Shown piece after piece: positions 13,881 to 27,789 of a stretch of DNA of 64,000 nt. The notes under the pieces are model-generated. The model was not told the origin of the DNA, searched no databases, and saw nothing but the letters and a program-made list of their open reading frames with translations. Position numbers and translations under genes: made by a program. The stretch spans positions 68,248,401 through 68,312,400 of the forward strand of contig NC_057718.1 in NCBI RefSeq assembly GCF_004010195.1, written 5' to 3'. Source of the DNA: Chiloscyllium plagiosum (taxonomy: Eukaryota). Each line of letters starts with the position of its first letter. The first letter of the stretch is position 1.

Positions 13881-14385
13881 TGCCGTTATCATTTGTGATT
13901 CTATGGGCCACAGCTAGCCGTGAGCTGCTTCTGACAATGTAGGCAAGAATATTGACTTCTAACAGCTCAACAGCACCACCAGAAGGTGACTAAGGTCACT
14001 GTCATTTGTGACAAGCATCTCCTTTCATTCAAATATAATTCAGGGGTCCACACTTTATGAATATCCAACTTATGAATGCTCATACTTACAAAAGCAACTC
14101 CAAACAGGTTATAATTTTAAAGATCTGATATACAACCATTTCCTATACTTATGAATGGCTACTTTATGTTGTCCTGCATTGTGTTTTGACTTGCATACAA
14201 ATTGACATGCGAACAGAGTTAAGAACGAAACCATCACATTGGAAGACACTGCATTCCAGAATTTAATTATTCAATCTGTCAAAAAGTTTTCCTCATGCCA
14301 CCTTTGTTTCTTTTGCTAATTGCTTTAAGTCTGTGCTCTCTGGTTCTTGATTTTTCCACAAATACAACACCAGGTTATATAAACC

Positions 14386-14712
14386 TGGTGGCACGGTGGC
14401 ACAGTGGTTAGCACTGCTGCCTCACAGCGCGAGAGACCCGGGTTCAATTCCTGCCTCAGGCGAATGACTGTGTGGAGTTTGCATGTTCTCCCCGTGTCTG
14501 TGTGGGTTTCCTCCGGGTGCTCCGGTTTCCTCCCACCATCCAAAGATGTGCAGGGTCAGGTGAATTGGCCATACTAAATTGCCCGTAGTGTTAGGTAAGG
14601 GGTAAATGTAGGGGTATGGGTGGGTTGCGCTTCGGTGGGTCGGTGTGGACTTGTTGGGCTGAAGGGCCTGTTTCCACACTGTAATCTAATCTAATCTAAT
14701 CTAAATCTAATC
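14386..14712 (+). mobile_element. HE1-type V-SINE, full length
   Basis: A/B-box head, V-domain, (TCTAA)n tail. Confidence 0.93.
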
Positions 14713-15061
14713 TTGTGTGATTTTTAACTTTGTCCACCCCAGTCCAACTCCGGCACCTCCACATCATGGTTTTCACAAATAGGAACACTTTCTCCCTATT
14801 TATTTTATTGCGACCTCGTGTGATTTTGAATATCTTCATTAAGTCCCATTTCATCCACGAGTTAATGTCAGAAAATGTAGTGGGTAAGATTGACAGCCCT
14901 GGAATCAGCCCTGGTTATGATAGCAAGATCAAGTTCCATTTTCTCAACCTACTTGTAGGTCATGTAAGAAACAGAAAATGTTCCATAAAATGTATTGTAT
15001 CATTTCTCACTTTTTGCATGCTCTGCATGCCAAAAGAAAACTGCTTGAATAAGGAATGAAT

Positions 15062-16960
15062 CCTTAGGAGACTATAAAGGCAGGAGGAGTGCAGTTAACA
15101 AGGAAATCAGGAGGGCAAAAATGGGACGTGAGATAGCTTTGGCAAATAGGGTTAAGGAGAATCCAAAGGGTTTTTACAAATACATTAAGGACAAAAGGGT
15201 AACCAAGGAGAGAATAAGGCCCTTGTGTGGAGCTGCAGGAGATGGGGAGATACTAAACGAGTATTTTGCACCAGTGTTTACTGTGGAGAAGGACATGGAA
15301 GATATAGAATGTGGGAAAATAGATGGTGACATCTTGAAAAGTGTTAACATTACAGAGGAGGAGGTACTGGATGTCTTGTAGCGCATAAAAGTGGAAAATT
15401 CCCCAGGACCTGATCAGGCATACCCTAGAACTCTGTGGGAAGTTAGGGAAGTGATTGCTGGGCCCCTTGCCGAGATATTTGTATCATCAATAACACATGT
15501 GAGGTGCCAGAAGACTGGAGGTTGGCTAACATGGTACCACTATTTAAGAAAGGTGGTAAAGACAAGCCAGGGAACTATAGACTGGTGAGCCTGACATCGG
15601 TGGTGGGCAAATTGTTGGATGGAATCCTGAGGGACAAGATTTACACATATTTGGAAAGGCAAGGATTGATTAGGGGTAGTCAACATGGCTTTGTGCATAG
15701 AAGATCATGTCTCACAAAGTTGATTGAATTTTTTGAAGAAATAACAAAGAGGATTGATGAGGGCAGATCCGTGGATGTGATCTATATGGACTTCAGTAAG
15801 GTGTTCGACAAGGTTCCCCATGGGAGACTGGTTAGCAAGGTTAGATCTCATGGAATACAGGGAGAACTAGCCATTTGGATACAGAACTGGCTCAAAGGTA
15901 GAAGACAGAGAGTGGTGGTGGAGGGTTGTTTTTCAGACTGGAGGTCTGTGACCTGTGGAGTGCCATAAGAATTGGTGTTGGGTCCACTACTTTTCATAAT
16001 TTATATAAATGATTGGAGGTATAGTAAGTTTGCAGGTAACACCAAAATTGGAGGTGTAGGGAACAGCGAAGAAGGTTACCTCAGATTACAATGGGATCTT
16101 GATCAGCTGAGTCAATGGGCTAAGGAGTGGCTGATGGAGTTCAATTTAGATAAATGTGAGGTTTTGCATTTTTGGAAAACAAATCTTAGCAGGACTTATA
16201 TACTTAATGGTAAAGTCCTAGGGAGTATCGCTGAACAGAGAGACCTTGGAGTGAGTTCATAGCTCCTTGAAAGTAGAGTCGCAGGTAGATAGGATAGTGA
16301 AGAAGGCTTTTGGTATGCTTTCCTTTATTGGTCAGAATATTGCATATAGGAGTTGGGAGGTCATGTTGTGGCTGTACAGGATGTTGGTTAGGCCACTTTT
16401 GAAGTATTTCATGCAATTCTGGTCTCCTTCCTTTCGGAAGGATGTCCTGAAATTGAAAGGGTTCAGAAAAGATTTATAAGGATGTTGCCAGGGTTGGAAG
16501 ATTTGAGCTATAGGCAGAGGTTGAATAGGCTGTGGCTGCTTTCCCTGGAGCATTGGAGGCTCAGGGGTGACCTTATAGAGGTTTATAAAATCATGAAGGG
16601 CATGGATAGGGTAGATAGACAAGGCCTTTTCCCTAGGATGGAGGGGTCCAGAAATAGAGGGCATAGGTTTAGGGTGAGAAAGGAAAGATAAAAAAGATGA
16701 AAAATAAAAAAGGGCAATTTTTTCACGCAGAGGGTGGTGCATGTATGGAATGAGCTGCCACAGGAAGTGGTGGAGCCTGGTACAATTACAACATTTAAGA
16801 GGTATTTGAATGGGTATATGAATAGGAAGGGTTTGGAGGGATATGGACCAGGTGTTAGGAAGTGGGACTAGATTGGGTTGAGATAGCTGATCGGCATGGA
16901 CGAGTTGGAGTGAAGGGTTTGTTTCCTTGCTGTGCATCTCTATGAATCTATGACTCTATA
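15062..16960 (+). mobile_element. 5'-truncated CR1 LINE (ORF2 RT to 3' tail)
   Basis: KSPGPD-like motif, PEDWRLAN.VPLFKKG, YMDFSK.FDKVPH, and TCTATGA tail; several frameshifts. Confidence 0.95.
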
Positions 16961-18474
16961 ACTAAAATTGTCTGTAAAATTAAAATAATATACATAATGT
17001 ACTACTTGATACACAGCAAAAATGAAATTTATTCCCATTTTTGCAGTACATAAATCTATCCAATTCACTCTTTAGTAGATATGCTTCAGTATACAGCAAA
17101 ATAACTAAATGGTCTCACTATATAGTGCAAAATTGCACTATCCAATTTATCCATTTCGTCACATGCAGTTGCCACTCTTGAAATTTGCACAGAATGTTTC
17201 ATTAAGGTTAGTGCATAGGAAAACAGCTTTGTGTTTGATTATCCACTTTGTTCAGATTTTAATTGATTTTGTGTAATAAAGCTATCTGTATGCATGCTTT
17301 GAATTACAGCCCTTCACATTAAGCTTACTGTCTCAATGATGTATGGAAGGCTGCTATCTTCCCCTGTTCCTTTATTGCTGAGGTGGAAGCATAGTCCCCT
17401 GATGCAGTCAGCTAGAAAAGTTTGCCCACTTGATTGATAAAACACTCCTGCTGAGTTGTCAATGGCAATATACAATTCATGCCCAGTGGCCTTGAATATG
17501 CAGATAAAACTGATTATAGTTATTTGGCTAGTTGTCAGTTGCTGCAATCTTAGGCATAAACATAATTTATGTGAGATGTAGCAGGAACTATACCTAATGC
17601 AGCACACCAAGACATTGGTAAGGCTGAGACTGAAATTGAATTAGCAGGGTAATGTTGAAGGAGTAAATTTTCATTTATCATTTAAACATAAATGAACAGG
17701 ATTTTTTATCAGCAGTTACAATGCTTGATGAATAATTGCAAGTGTTACCAATAATGTCATCATTCTAAACATATTAAGTCACTCTTGTATGTTAAATGAA
17801 ACTGTTTTAGAACTGAAAATATTTAATAATGACTTTGTTCATTTTTCTATGTTAAGATATAATATGTTTTTCATCAATCATTCTGACAAGAGGGCACGGA
17901 GCAGGTAAGTGCATTCCTGAAAGATGCTGAGTGATAATCTACAGTCCAGAATTGTAATTCAAAGTACTGTAGAAGGATAGAAATGGAATGTCTGAGAGCT
18001 CTGCTTAAAAATTCCCACTTCAGTTTATAATGTATTGACTACTTGGCTTGACTTGGCATTCCTTTTAATATATGACTGAGCACTAAGTGTTTTTGCAGTA
18101 ATTTTAACATTTAATAAGATATCTGGAGCAGTATTCTGGTTCAGGATGCTGGCAGTCTGAAATGCAAAATTTCAAAGTGAGAGAACAGAAGTTTGAAACC
18201 TGCACTTTCCCATTTAGTAGAAGTATGATCGCCGGTCTCTCTGTTGCAGAAATGTGCTGGACAAGAGCCAGAATCTCCAGAGGGTGGAAGCAAAGAATGC
18301 GCTGCTCTAATTCTTATTACCTCCTTGAGGATAAGGAAAGCAAAAAAATGGAAATACCTGTTAGGGCCATCTCATTTATGTGGGAAGTTAGTAGTGTAGT
18401 GATAATATCACTGGAATGGTAACTCAGCAGTCCAGACTAATGATCTGGGAATGCAGGTTCAATTTTTTTCTTTA

Positions 18475-21050
18475 ATTCACTCATTGGATGTGAGTGTCAT
18501 TGACTAGCCTGTCACTAGTTGCTTTTGAGAAAGTGTTGATGAGCTGCCTTCTTGAACTGTTGCAGTCCATGTGTAGCAGGTAGATCCACAACACTGTTAG
18601 GAGGGAAATCCATGATTTTGAAAGAACAGTGATATATTTCCAACTTAGGACAGTGAGTGGCGTGAAGGAGAACATGCAGGTGGTGATGTTGCCATATATC
18701 TGCTGATCTTGCTTTTCTAGAAGGAAGTGGTAAATTTCTGCAGTGTATCTTGCTGCTGCTCCTGAGTGTCAGTGGTGGAAGGAGTGGGTATTGTGGATGT
18801 GGTGCCAATCAAGCAGGATGCTTTACCTTGGATGGTGTCATACTTCTTGCATGTTGTTAGAGCTGCACTCATCCAGACATTGGACACACTCCTGACTTGT
18901 GCATCGTAGATGGTGGACAGGATTTGAGGACTGATGAGGTGAGTTACTCCTTGTAATATTCCTCGTCTCTGACTTGCTCTTATCGTGAGTCCAGTTGAGT
19001 TTTGGGTCATTGGTAACCTCCAGGATGTAAATAGTGAAGGATTCAGTGATGATAACACCATTGAATGTAAAATGGGTAGTGGCTAGATGATCTCTTATTT
19101 GAGGTGGTGTCATTGTCTGGCATTTGTGTGATTCGAATGTTACTTGCTACTTTTCAGCTCAAGCTTGGATTTTGTCTTGTTGCATTTGAACATGTATCTG
19201 AAGAGTCATGAAAGGTGTTGAACTTTGTGCAATCATCTACGATTGTACCCTCTTCTCACTTCATGATGGAGGAAAGGTCATTGAAGCAGCTGAAGATATT
19301 TGGGCCTAGGACACTACCATAAGAAAGTCTTGCAGGGATATCCTGAACTTGAGATGACTAACTCCAGCAACTGCAACCATCTTCTTATGTGCCAGGTATA
19401 ACTCCTCTCTGTGGAGATTTTTCACCAATTTCCATTGATTCCAGTTTTGGTCGGGTTCCTTGATGCCACAATCAGTCAAATGTGACCTTGATATCAAGGG
19501 CTGTCACTGTCACCTTACCTCTGGAATTTAGCTCTTTCTCCATGTTTGAATCAAAGCTGTGTTGCGGTCAGGAGCTGAGTGGCCTGGTGTAACCCAAACT
19601 GAGCATCACTGAGCAGGTGCTGCCTGATACCACCATTGATGATACTTTCCATCACTTTTCTGATGTTCAAGTGTAGCCAGATAGGGCTGTAATTGGCTGG
19701 GTTGTATTTGTCTTCCCTTTTATGTACAGGACATACCTGGGCAATTTTCCGCATTGTCGGATAGATATCAGCATTGTAGATATACTGGAACAGCTTGGCT
19801 AGGGTTGCAGCAAGTCTTTGGTACTATTATCAGAATGTTGGCAGTGTCCATAGTCTTTGCAGTACCCAGTGCATCCAGCTGTTTCTTGACATCACATGAA
19901 GTGAATCAGATTGGTTGAAAACTGGTATCTGTGATGCTGGGGATCACTGGATGAGGCCAAGGTGGTTCATCCACTTAACGCTTTTGGTTGAAGGTTGTTA
20001 TAAATGCTTTGGCCTTACTTTTTACATTGGTGTGCTGAACTCTTCCATCATTGAGGATGGAAATATTTGTGAAGCTGCAACCTCCAATGAATTTTCCACC
20101 ACCATTCATGACTGGTTGTGGCAGGACTGCAGAGCTTAAATCTGATCTGTTGTTTGTGGGATCACTTCACTCTATCTATGACTTGCCGATTATGCTATTT
20201 GACACACAAATAATTCTCTTTCATAGCTTCACCAAGTTGATGCCACATTTTTAATTATGTTTGATGTTACTTCTGATATGCCCTCCTGTATGCTCCGTTG
20301 AACCAGGATTGCTACCCTGGCTTGATGGTAATGGTTGAGTGGGGAATATACTGAGATTGCAGATTTTGTTGAAATATGATTCTGCTAAGATTGCAGATTT
20401 TGTTGAAATATGATTCTGCTGCTATTGATAGCCTACAGTATTTCATAGCTGCCCAATCTTGAGTTGCTAGATGTGTTCAAAGTCTGTCCCATGCAGTACG
20501 ACAACATTGCTACACAATGTGCTGGTAATATTCTCAGTGTGAAGGAGCATCTTTGTCTCTACAAGGACTGTGCAGTGGTCACCTTTATTGATAGTATTAT
20601 GGACGCAGGTATCTGAAGCTGACAGATTGGTGAGGATGAGGTCAAGTAAGTTTTCCCTCTTGATGGTTCTCTTGCCACCTGTCACAGACCCAGACTAACA
20701 GCTATGTCTTTTAGGACCTGACGAGCTTGATCGTAGTGCTGCTGCCAAAGACATTGAAATCCTCTGCATCTTTGACAGTCTCTGCGCTTCCTCCAAGCTG
20801 TTCATCGTGGTGGTATACTAATTCATTAGCTAAGGGAAAACAGTACATGGGAATCAGCAGAAGGTTCCCTTGCCAATATTTAGCCTGATGCCATGAGACT
20901 TCATGGGGTCTGGAGTCAATATTGAAGACTCCCAGAGCAACTCCCTCCCAACTTTATACCACTGTGCTGCCACTTCTGCTGGGTCTGCCCTGCGGTAGAA
21001 CAGGACATATCCAGGGATGGTGATGGTGGTGATCATACTTGGCCAGCTAA
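18475..21050 (-). mobile_element. Decayed CR1/L2-group LINE (EN and RT remnants)
   Basis: ENLLDLILTN, VCPVHK.EDK.NPANY.PI, LSDAQFG. Confidence 0.75.
20354..20420. repeat. ~34-bp tandem duplication
   Basis: AGATTGCAGATTTTGTTGAAATATGATTCTGCT occurs twice. Confidence 0.9.
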
Positions 21051-21904
21051 TTGAGTTTGTATTCAATGAATAAACTTGGAATTAAAAGCTCGTCATAATA
21101 ATGTTGACCGTGAAACCATTGGCAATTATCATTCAAAACCCATTTGGTTCACTTATGTTCTTTTGGGAAGGACATCAGCCATCTTCACTTGGTCTGGCCT
21201 ATATGACTCCAGGCCACAGCAATGTGGTTGACTCTTAATGATCCTTTGAACTGACCCAGTAAGCCATTTAGTGCTACAAAACTGCAACAAGGTCAAAAAG
21301 GAATGAAACTGGACAGACCACTTGGCATTACTTCGGCACCAGAAATGACAAAGGCAATCCCAGACCTACCAACACTACAAACCCTTCTTTACCAAGATCT
21401 GGGTGCTTCTGCCAAAATTGGCAGAGCTGTCCCACAGACTGGTGAAGCAACAGTTTATCTGATATCATCATACTCACCAATTCATAACTTGTGACAATGT
21501 ACCGGACCCCACAATTACCATCCCTGGGTCTGTCCTATCCAGCTGGCAAGACAGATTTAGCAGAGGTGGTAGAGTTGGAATGCAACAGGAAGGGAGTTGC
21601 TTTGGTAATCTGCAATATTGATTTTGAGCCCTGTGAAGTCTCATATCATGAAGTAAGGAAATCTCTCACTGATTGCCATCTACTGCCCCCAACCATCTCG
21701 TGGCTGATCCTTTCATGTTGAATGCTACTTGAAGGAAGCACTGAAGCACAGAATGTATCATTGTTGGGGGACTTCAATGCCCTTCTTCAAGGGTAGCTCA
21801 GCTAGCTGAGTCGAAAAGGACAACTGCTGGACCAGATCTGCGGCAAGTAATGAGGGAACCAGCAAGAAAGAAAAACCTATTTGAACTTGTCCTCACCAAT
21901 CTGA

Positions 21905-22603
21905 TTGATTTATTGTTGTCACATGTACTGGGATACAGTGAAAAGTGTTGGTTTGCATGCTATACAGACAGATCGTACCATACAAAGTGCAATAGGGTGT
22001 CAGAATGGAGTGCAGAACACAGTTTACACAAGAGAGGTGCAAAGAGAGAGATAGATCAGAATTAACATTTGAGGTCAGTTCAAAAGTCTAAAAACAGCAG
22101 GGAAGAAGCTGTTCTTGAACCTATTCATAAATGGGGTGCATGAGGTCTTTGATTAACTTGGTTGCTTCCATGAGGTAATAGGAGGTATAGTTAGATGCAA
22201 TTGATGGGAGGCTTGTTTGTGTATTGGACTGGGCTGTGTTCATGACTCTGTAGTTTCTTACTGTCTTGGGAAAGAAACATTTGCCAAACCACATTATGAT
22301 GCATTCAGATAGAATGCTTTCTATGGTACATCTATAAAGATTGGGAAGAATCCTTGTGGGCATGCCAAATTTCCTTAATCTCCTGAAGAAGTGGAGACAT
22401 TGTTATGCTTTCTTGACCACTGCATTGATGTGGGTGGACCAGGACAAATTGTTGGCGATCACTTCCAGCAAATTGATGCTCTCGAACATCTCCACCTCGG
22501 AACTATTGATGCAGACAGGGGTGTGGCCTCCACTCTGCTTCCTGAGGTCAATGACCAGTTTCTTCATTTTGCTGACATTGATGGAGAGATTGTTGTCTTC
22601 TGA
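21905..22603 (-). mobile_element. Rex1/Babar-type LINE 3' fragment inserted in a + strand LINE EN remnant (~21380-22800)
   Basis: NNLSINVSK.K.LVIDLRK and NLYRCTIESILS.CI..WFG; AATCT repeated at both junctions. Confidence 0.75.
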
Positions 22604-22974
22604 TAATCTATTTATCACAGATGTATCTATCCATGACCAGTATCAGTGGAAGTGACTATTGCACAGACCTTATGGAGAAGTCATCCCATCCCCACATTGA
22701 GGCTAGCCTTGATTGTGATGTGTAGCACCATCACCATGTTAATTGGCTATCATTTTGAACAGGTTTAGTAACTCAAACTAGATATCATTGAGGCATTGTG
22801 AGCTCTGGAATTTGTAGCTTGAGTTGCAGCTGGAGGCACATGGTACATTCACAAGCCTGAACTGTTTGTGGATAGCATGTTTTAGCACATGGTCATCCTG
22901 CAGCTTAAGAAAATTCAGGCAGAGGGGGATTAGGTGACTGCTGGACAGAAGAAGGGCACCAGGCAGGTAATGTT

Positions 22975-23275
22975 TATAGATTAGATTACATTACAGTGTG
23001 GAAACAGGCCCTTCAGCCCAACAAGTCCACACTGACCCGCTGAAGCGCAACCCACCCATACCCCTTACCTAATACTACGGGCAATTTAGTATGGCCAATT
23101 CACCTGACCTGCACATCTTTGGACTGTGGGAGGAAACCGGAGCACCTGGAGGAAACCCACGCAAACACGGGAGAACGTGCAAACTCCACACAGTCAGTCG
23201 CCTGAGGCGGGAATTGAACCTGGGTCTCTGGCGCTGTGAGGCAGCAGTGCTAACCACTGTACCACTGTGCCGCTC
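22975..23275 (-). mobile_element. HE1-type V-SINE
   Basis: Head, V-domain and TCTAA tail. Confidence 0.92.
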
Positions 23276-23343
23276 GTGAGAATATATACTGAGAGAAGGG
23301 ATTCTTGGTGAAGGTGATAGCCTGTTTTAAGTACTGCATGTGA

Positions 23344-26177
23344 GTTGTGATAGGATTTGTAGCTCAGGTTGAGGTTCTGGATGTAAGTTTGGTCACTGAG
23401 CTGGAAGGTTTGTTTTCAGGTGTTTCATAGGTAACATCATCAGTGAGCTTCCAGTGAAGCACTGGGGTTATGACCTGTTTTCTATTTCTGTGTTTAGGTT
23501 TCCTTGGGTTGGTGATGTCATTTCATGTGGTGATGTCATTTCCTGTTCTTTTTCTCAGAGGGTGGTAAATGGGGTCCAAGTCGATGTGTTAATGATAGAG
23601 TTCCAGTTGGAATGCTATGCTTCTAGGAATTCTAGTGCTCGCCAAACTCTCTTTGGCGTGTCCTACGATAAATGTATTGTCTCAATCGAAGTAGTTTCCT
23701 TCCTCATCTGTGAAAGTAGTGAAAGGATACTAGTGAAAGTATCTTTAAATGTCTTTTTGTTGCTAGTTGGTGTTCATGTATTCTGGTGGCTAGTTTTCTG
23801 CCTGTTTGTCCAATGTAGTGTTTGTTACAGTTCTTGTAAGGTATTTTGTAAATGCTGTTAGTTTTGCTTGTTGTCTGTATCGGGTCTTTTAAGTTCATTA
23901 GCTACTGTATAATGTCTGAGCAATCTGGCAGTCATTTCTGATGTCTTTGATGTAGGGGAAAGTGGTTAGAGTTTCTGGACGTGTTTTATCTGCTTATTTG
24001 GGTTTGTTGCTGAGAATCTGGACCGTGTTCATTGGGTACCCATTCTTTTTGAATACACTGTATAGGTGATTTTCCCCTGCTCTTCATTGGTCCTCTGTGC
24101 TGCATTGTGTTGTGGCTCACTGAAATATTATTCTAATACAGTTTCATTTATGGGTTTTGGGATGATTGTTTCTGTGGTTCAGTATTTGGTCTGTATGTGT
24201 TGTTTTCCTGTAGATGCTGGTTTGAAGTTCCCCATTGGCTGTTTGCTCTCCTGTGACATCTAGGAATGGCAGCTTATTGTTGTTTTCTTCCTCTTCTGTG
24301 AATTTAATGCCAGTAAGGATATGTTTTGTTTCAATTACTTACAGTGTGGAAACAGGCCCTTCCGCCCAACAAGTCCACACCGCCCTGCCGAAGCGCAACC
24401 CACCCATTCCCCTACATTTACCCCTTACCTAACACTACGGGCAATTTAGCATAGCCAATTCACCTGGCCTGCACATCTTTGGACTGTGGGAGGAAACCAG
24501 AGCACCCGGAGGAAACCCACGCAGACACGGGGAGAATGTGCAAACTCCACACAGTCAGTCGCCTGAGGTGGGAATTGAACCCGGGTCTCTAGCGCTGTGA
24601 GGCAGCAGTGCTAACCACTGTGCCACCGTGCCGTTTAGTGATGACAAAGGTGTCATCCACATAGCGGACCCAAAGTTTGGGTTGGATGATTGGCAGAGCT
24701 GTTTATTTGAGTCTCTGCATCACTGGCTATACTAAGAATCCTGATATTGGAGATCCCATGTGTATTCCATTGGTTTGTCTGTAGGTTTTGTTATTGAAAG
24801 TGAAGTGTGTGGTAAGGCATAGGTCCACCAGCTTGACGATATTGTCCTTGCTGATGAAGTTGGTGGTGTTTGGTGTATGTGTCTTTGGTTCTTCTAATAG
24901 GGTAGTCAGTGTTTCCTTGGCCAGGTTAATGTTGATGGATGTGAACAGGGCTGTTACATCAAAGGAGACCATTAATTTATCCTCTTCTTTCTTGGTGCTC
25001 TTGGGTTGTCAGGAATCCTTGGGTGGAGTGACTGGAATGATATGAGTCTTCTACTAAATGTTTTAGTCTTTGGTGAAGTCCCTTGGCTAATCTGTACATT
25101 GATGTTCCAGGTAGCGAGACTATGGATGTGAGGGGAGCTCCCAGTTTGTGAATTTTGGGTAATCCACAGACACATGGTGAGTAGGATGCATCTGGTTTCA
25201 TTTTTTTTTAAGTCTGTCTTATTTAATTCTCCAGGTTTCTGAAGTTTTTTGAATAGGGCTATGATTCATTTCTCTAGTTGTGGGGTTGGGTCTATCGCCA
25301 CCTGTTGGTAAGTGTTGGTATGTGAAAGCAGTGTGTTCACTTTCTCAATGTAGTCTGTTCAGTTTAAAATGACTGTCAAGTGTCCTTTGTCTGCAGATAG
25401 AATAACAATGTTTTGATCTTTCTTGAGTCCTTCTATTGCTTTCCTTTCTTGTGTTTTGAGTGTGTTTCTTTCCTTTTTCCTGCTTAATGTTGGTGCAACT
25501 GTTTTCTGATGGTTTGCTGGGTTTCTTCTGTGAGTTGGTTGTCTTTCAATGTGGTTTCTAATGCTGCTAAGAAATATTTCTTGAATGCATCCCAGAAGTT
25601 GTAATTTAATCCTCTTACTAAGACGGCTTTTTCAGTGTCTGATATGGGTCAGTCAGGTATGTTTTTTTATCTATGCTTCTAGGTTTGTATGAGTTTGTCA
25701 AGTTTTTTCTGCAGGTCTAGTTTTATCATTTTCTGTGTTTGTTGCTGTCTAATGTCTATGGCTCGTTCAACTGTGTCTGTGCATTCATGGTCTGTCGCCT
25801 TAGTGAGTAAAGATTTTTGGCATGAAATTTCCTGGTTATATTTACAGAGTCTGTTGTGGGGATCATTAATCATTTCTCTAAGCATTCTGTGGCCGTTTTG
25901 CTCTGCTATTCTTCTGGCTAGTGGGGTGTTAAGCGGAGGTTTGTATTTAAGATATTTAGGTAGTGCCTGTTTCCTTAGGCATTCATGCAGGAAGTACAGC
26001 TGTTTACGGGTGGAGCTCTGTCTAATAGCGTTGGTTTCCCATTTTCGGGCAGGTTTTAGCATATTGTGCCCATAGGTGTTAGCGAGTTTTGAGAAAATTT
26101 GTAGGCTCAGATTGAGGTTCTAGACGTAAGTTTGCTCACTGAAGGTTTGTTTTCAGATGTTTTGTCATGTGAACATC
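23344..26177 (-). mobile_element. Near full-length Penelope-like element (Poseidon-type), decayed
   Basis: TSD ACTGCATGTGA at 23333-43 and 26178-88; direct pLTRs ~23350-23460 and 26100-26177. RT motifs GLPKIHK, SFDVTALFT, MGSPISG, RYVDDTF; GIY-YIG motif IYKIP..C..HYIGQTGR.L.TRI.EH. Confidence 0.9.
24330..24633 (-). mobile_element. HE1-type V-SINE nested in the Penelope RT
   Basis: Full head and V-domain. Confidence 0.92.
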
Positions 26178-26304
26178 ACTGCATGTGACTCTAGGATAAT
26201 ATGATATCTCTTGAGTTTGAGGTTCATGACTGTCACAGAATGATTCCAATAGAAAAATGAGTCTGGAAGGTGAGATGTTAAAGGATTAATTTGTTCTGCT
26301 GACC

Positions 26305-26822
26305 TGTAAGAACTTGGATGTCCTGGAGGGAAGGGTGGTATGTTTCTCTGTCTTACAGGTACAATGTAAAATGTGCAATGTCATCTCCTATTATTCAGAG
26401 TAAAGGATTTATATTATCATCTCCTATTCAGAATCAATAAGGACATTGCAATTAAAATTCTGACTACTTCCTGCGGTTAATAAAGTGATTTACAACAGAT
26501 CTGGCCATTAAGGGATGATTTACATTACGTTGTTTCTGGAGATGATCACGTCACTGTATTGTGTCTTGAATGGCGTGTGACTGTGGAGGAGTGGCTGGGC
26601 GTTGTCTTGTGGGCATTACTGACTGTGATGTAAAGATTTTGTATAAAGGAAGAACTGTCCCTTTGTTCAGAGAGCTTCTCTTGACACGCTTCGCAAGCAT
26701 TGTGAAGAACATTAAGTGATCCTCCAAGGCTTGTACTTGATTAATAAATTTTGACTGTTCACAGAAGTTGGCATATTGCAGTTCATCAATTGTGTAAGAA
26801 TCTCAAGAAAAAGAATCTAACA
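26305..26822 (+). mobile_element. Solo LTR of the tRNA-Leu-primed family (5' boundary approximate)
   Basis: 26505-26822 aligns with 1760-2076 and ends TCTAACA; no PBS follows. Confidence 0.7.
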
Positions 26823-27789
26823 GAAGCCAGAGGAAACAAAGGCTAGACAATGCAGTATAATGTGGATAAATGTGAGATTATCCATTTTGGGAGCAAAAAC
26901 ATGGTGATGCATTTTCATCTGAATGGCTATAAATTGAGAGAGGGGAAATGTGCAACAAAAACCCAGGTGTGCTCGTACACCAGTCACTGACAGTAAGCAT
27001 GCAAATACAGCAGGAAATAAAGTACGTAAATAATATGTTGGTCTTTATCATGTGAAGATTTGAGTGCAAGAGCAGGGACATCTTGCTTCAATTATATGAG
27101 ACCAAACCTGGAATATTTTGTGTATCTTTGGTCTCCTTATCTGAAGAAGATGCTCTTGCTTGGGAGGGAATGCAATGAAAGTTGTTCAGTGATTCTTGGG
27201 TTGGTAGGTTGATATATGAGGAGACATTGAATCAGTTAGGATTATGTAGGATGGGAGTAAGTTGTGGCTGTAAGAGTTGTTCCTTTTCATTTTGGCATTT
27301 TTGCAGTGTTGGAGCTGATTTCCTCGAATTCCTGTAACAGTAATTGCTGTTTTATAAGCTGTTGCATTGTTTTTGAAAAAAAACCCCATAACAACAGTAC
27401 TTTAAATGGAAGAAAAGAGAGAGAGCAGAAGATCACGTAGAAGGTTAACGAGAAGATTGTGATAGAGTTCAGAAGAACCCATCAGTGAATTTTCACAGCT
27501 GTCTGGCTGTGAAGTTACAAGTATCTCTGGACATGGGAGTTCTGCCCAAAAAAAGTGAAATTCACAGCTGACCTTGGAGGGATCTCATTATCAGAACTAC
27601 TCACAATAACATATTAAACATATAAAACATAATTATTTTTGTAAATCTACAATAGAAAGTAGGGTGAGGATATTTTATAATTTTTTTTGAGATCTGTCTC
27701 TTGATCAATTTTTAAAAAATAATAAACATAGGTACCAAATCATCCTGGAGCAGTAAGACTGTGCTATTTTCTGGGTCTGTCCATTAAGG

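Noticed and set aside
14386..14460. tRNA-like sequences with A/B boxes (also 50225, 56705)
   Set aside because: These are SINE heads continuous with SINE bodies, not tRNA genes.
16332..16937. 201-aa minus-strand ORF
   Set aside because: Antisense frame of the CR1 3' region.
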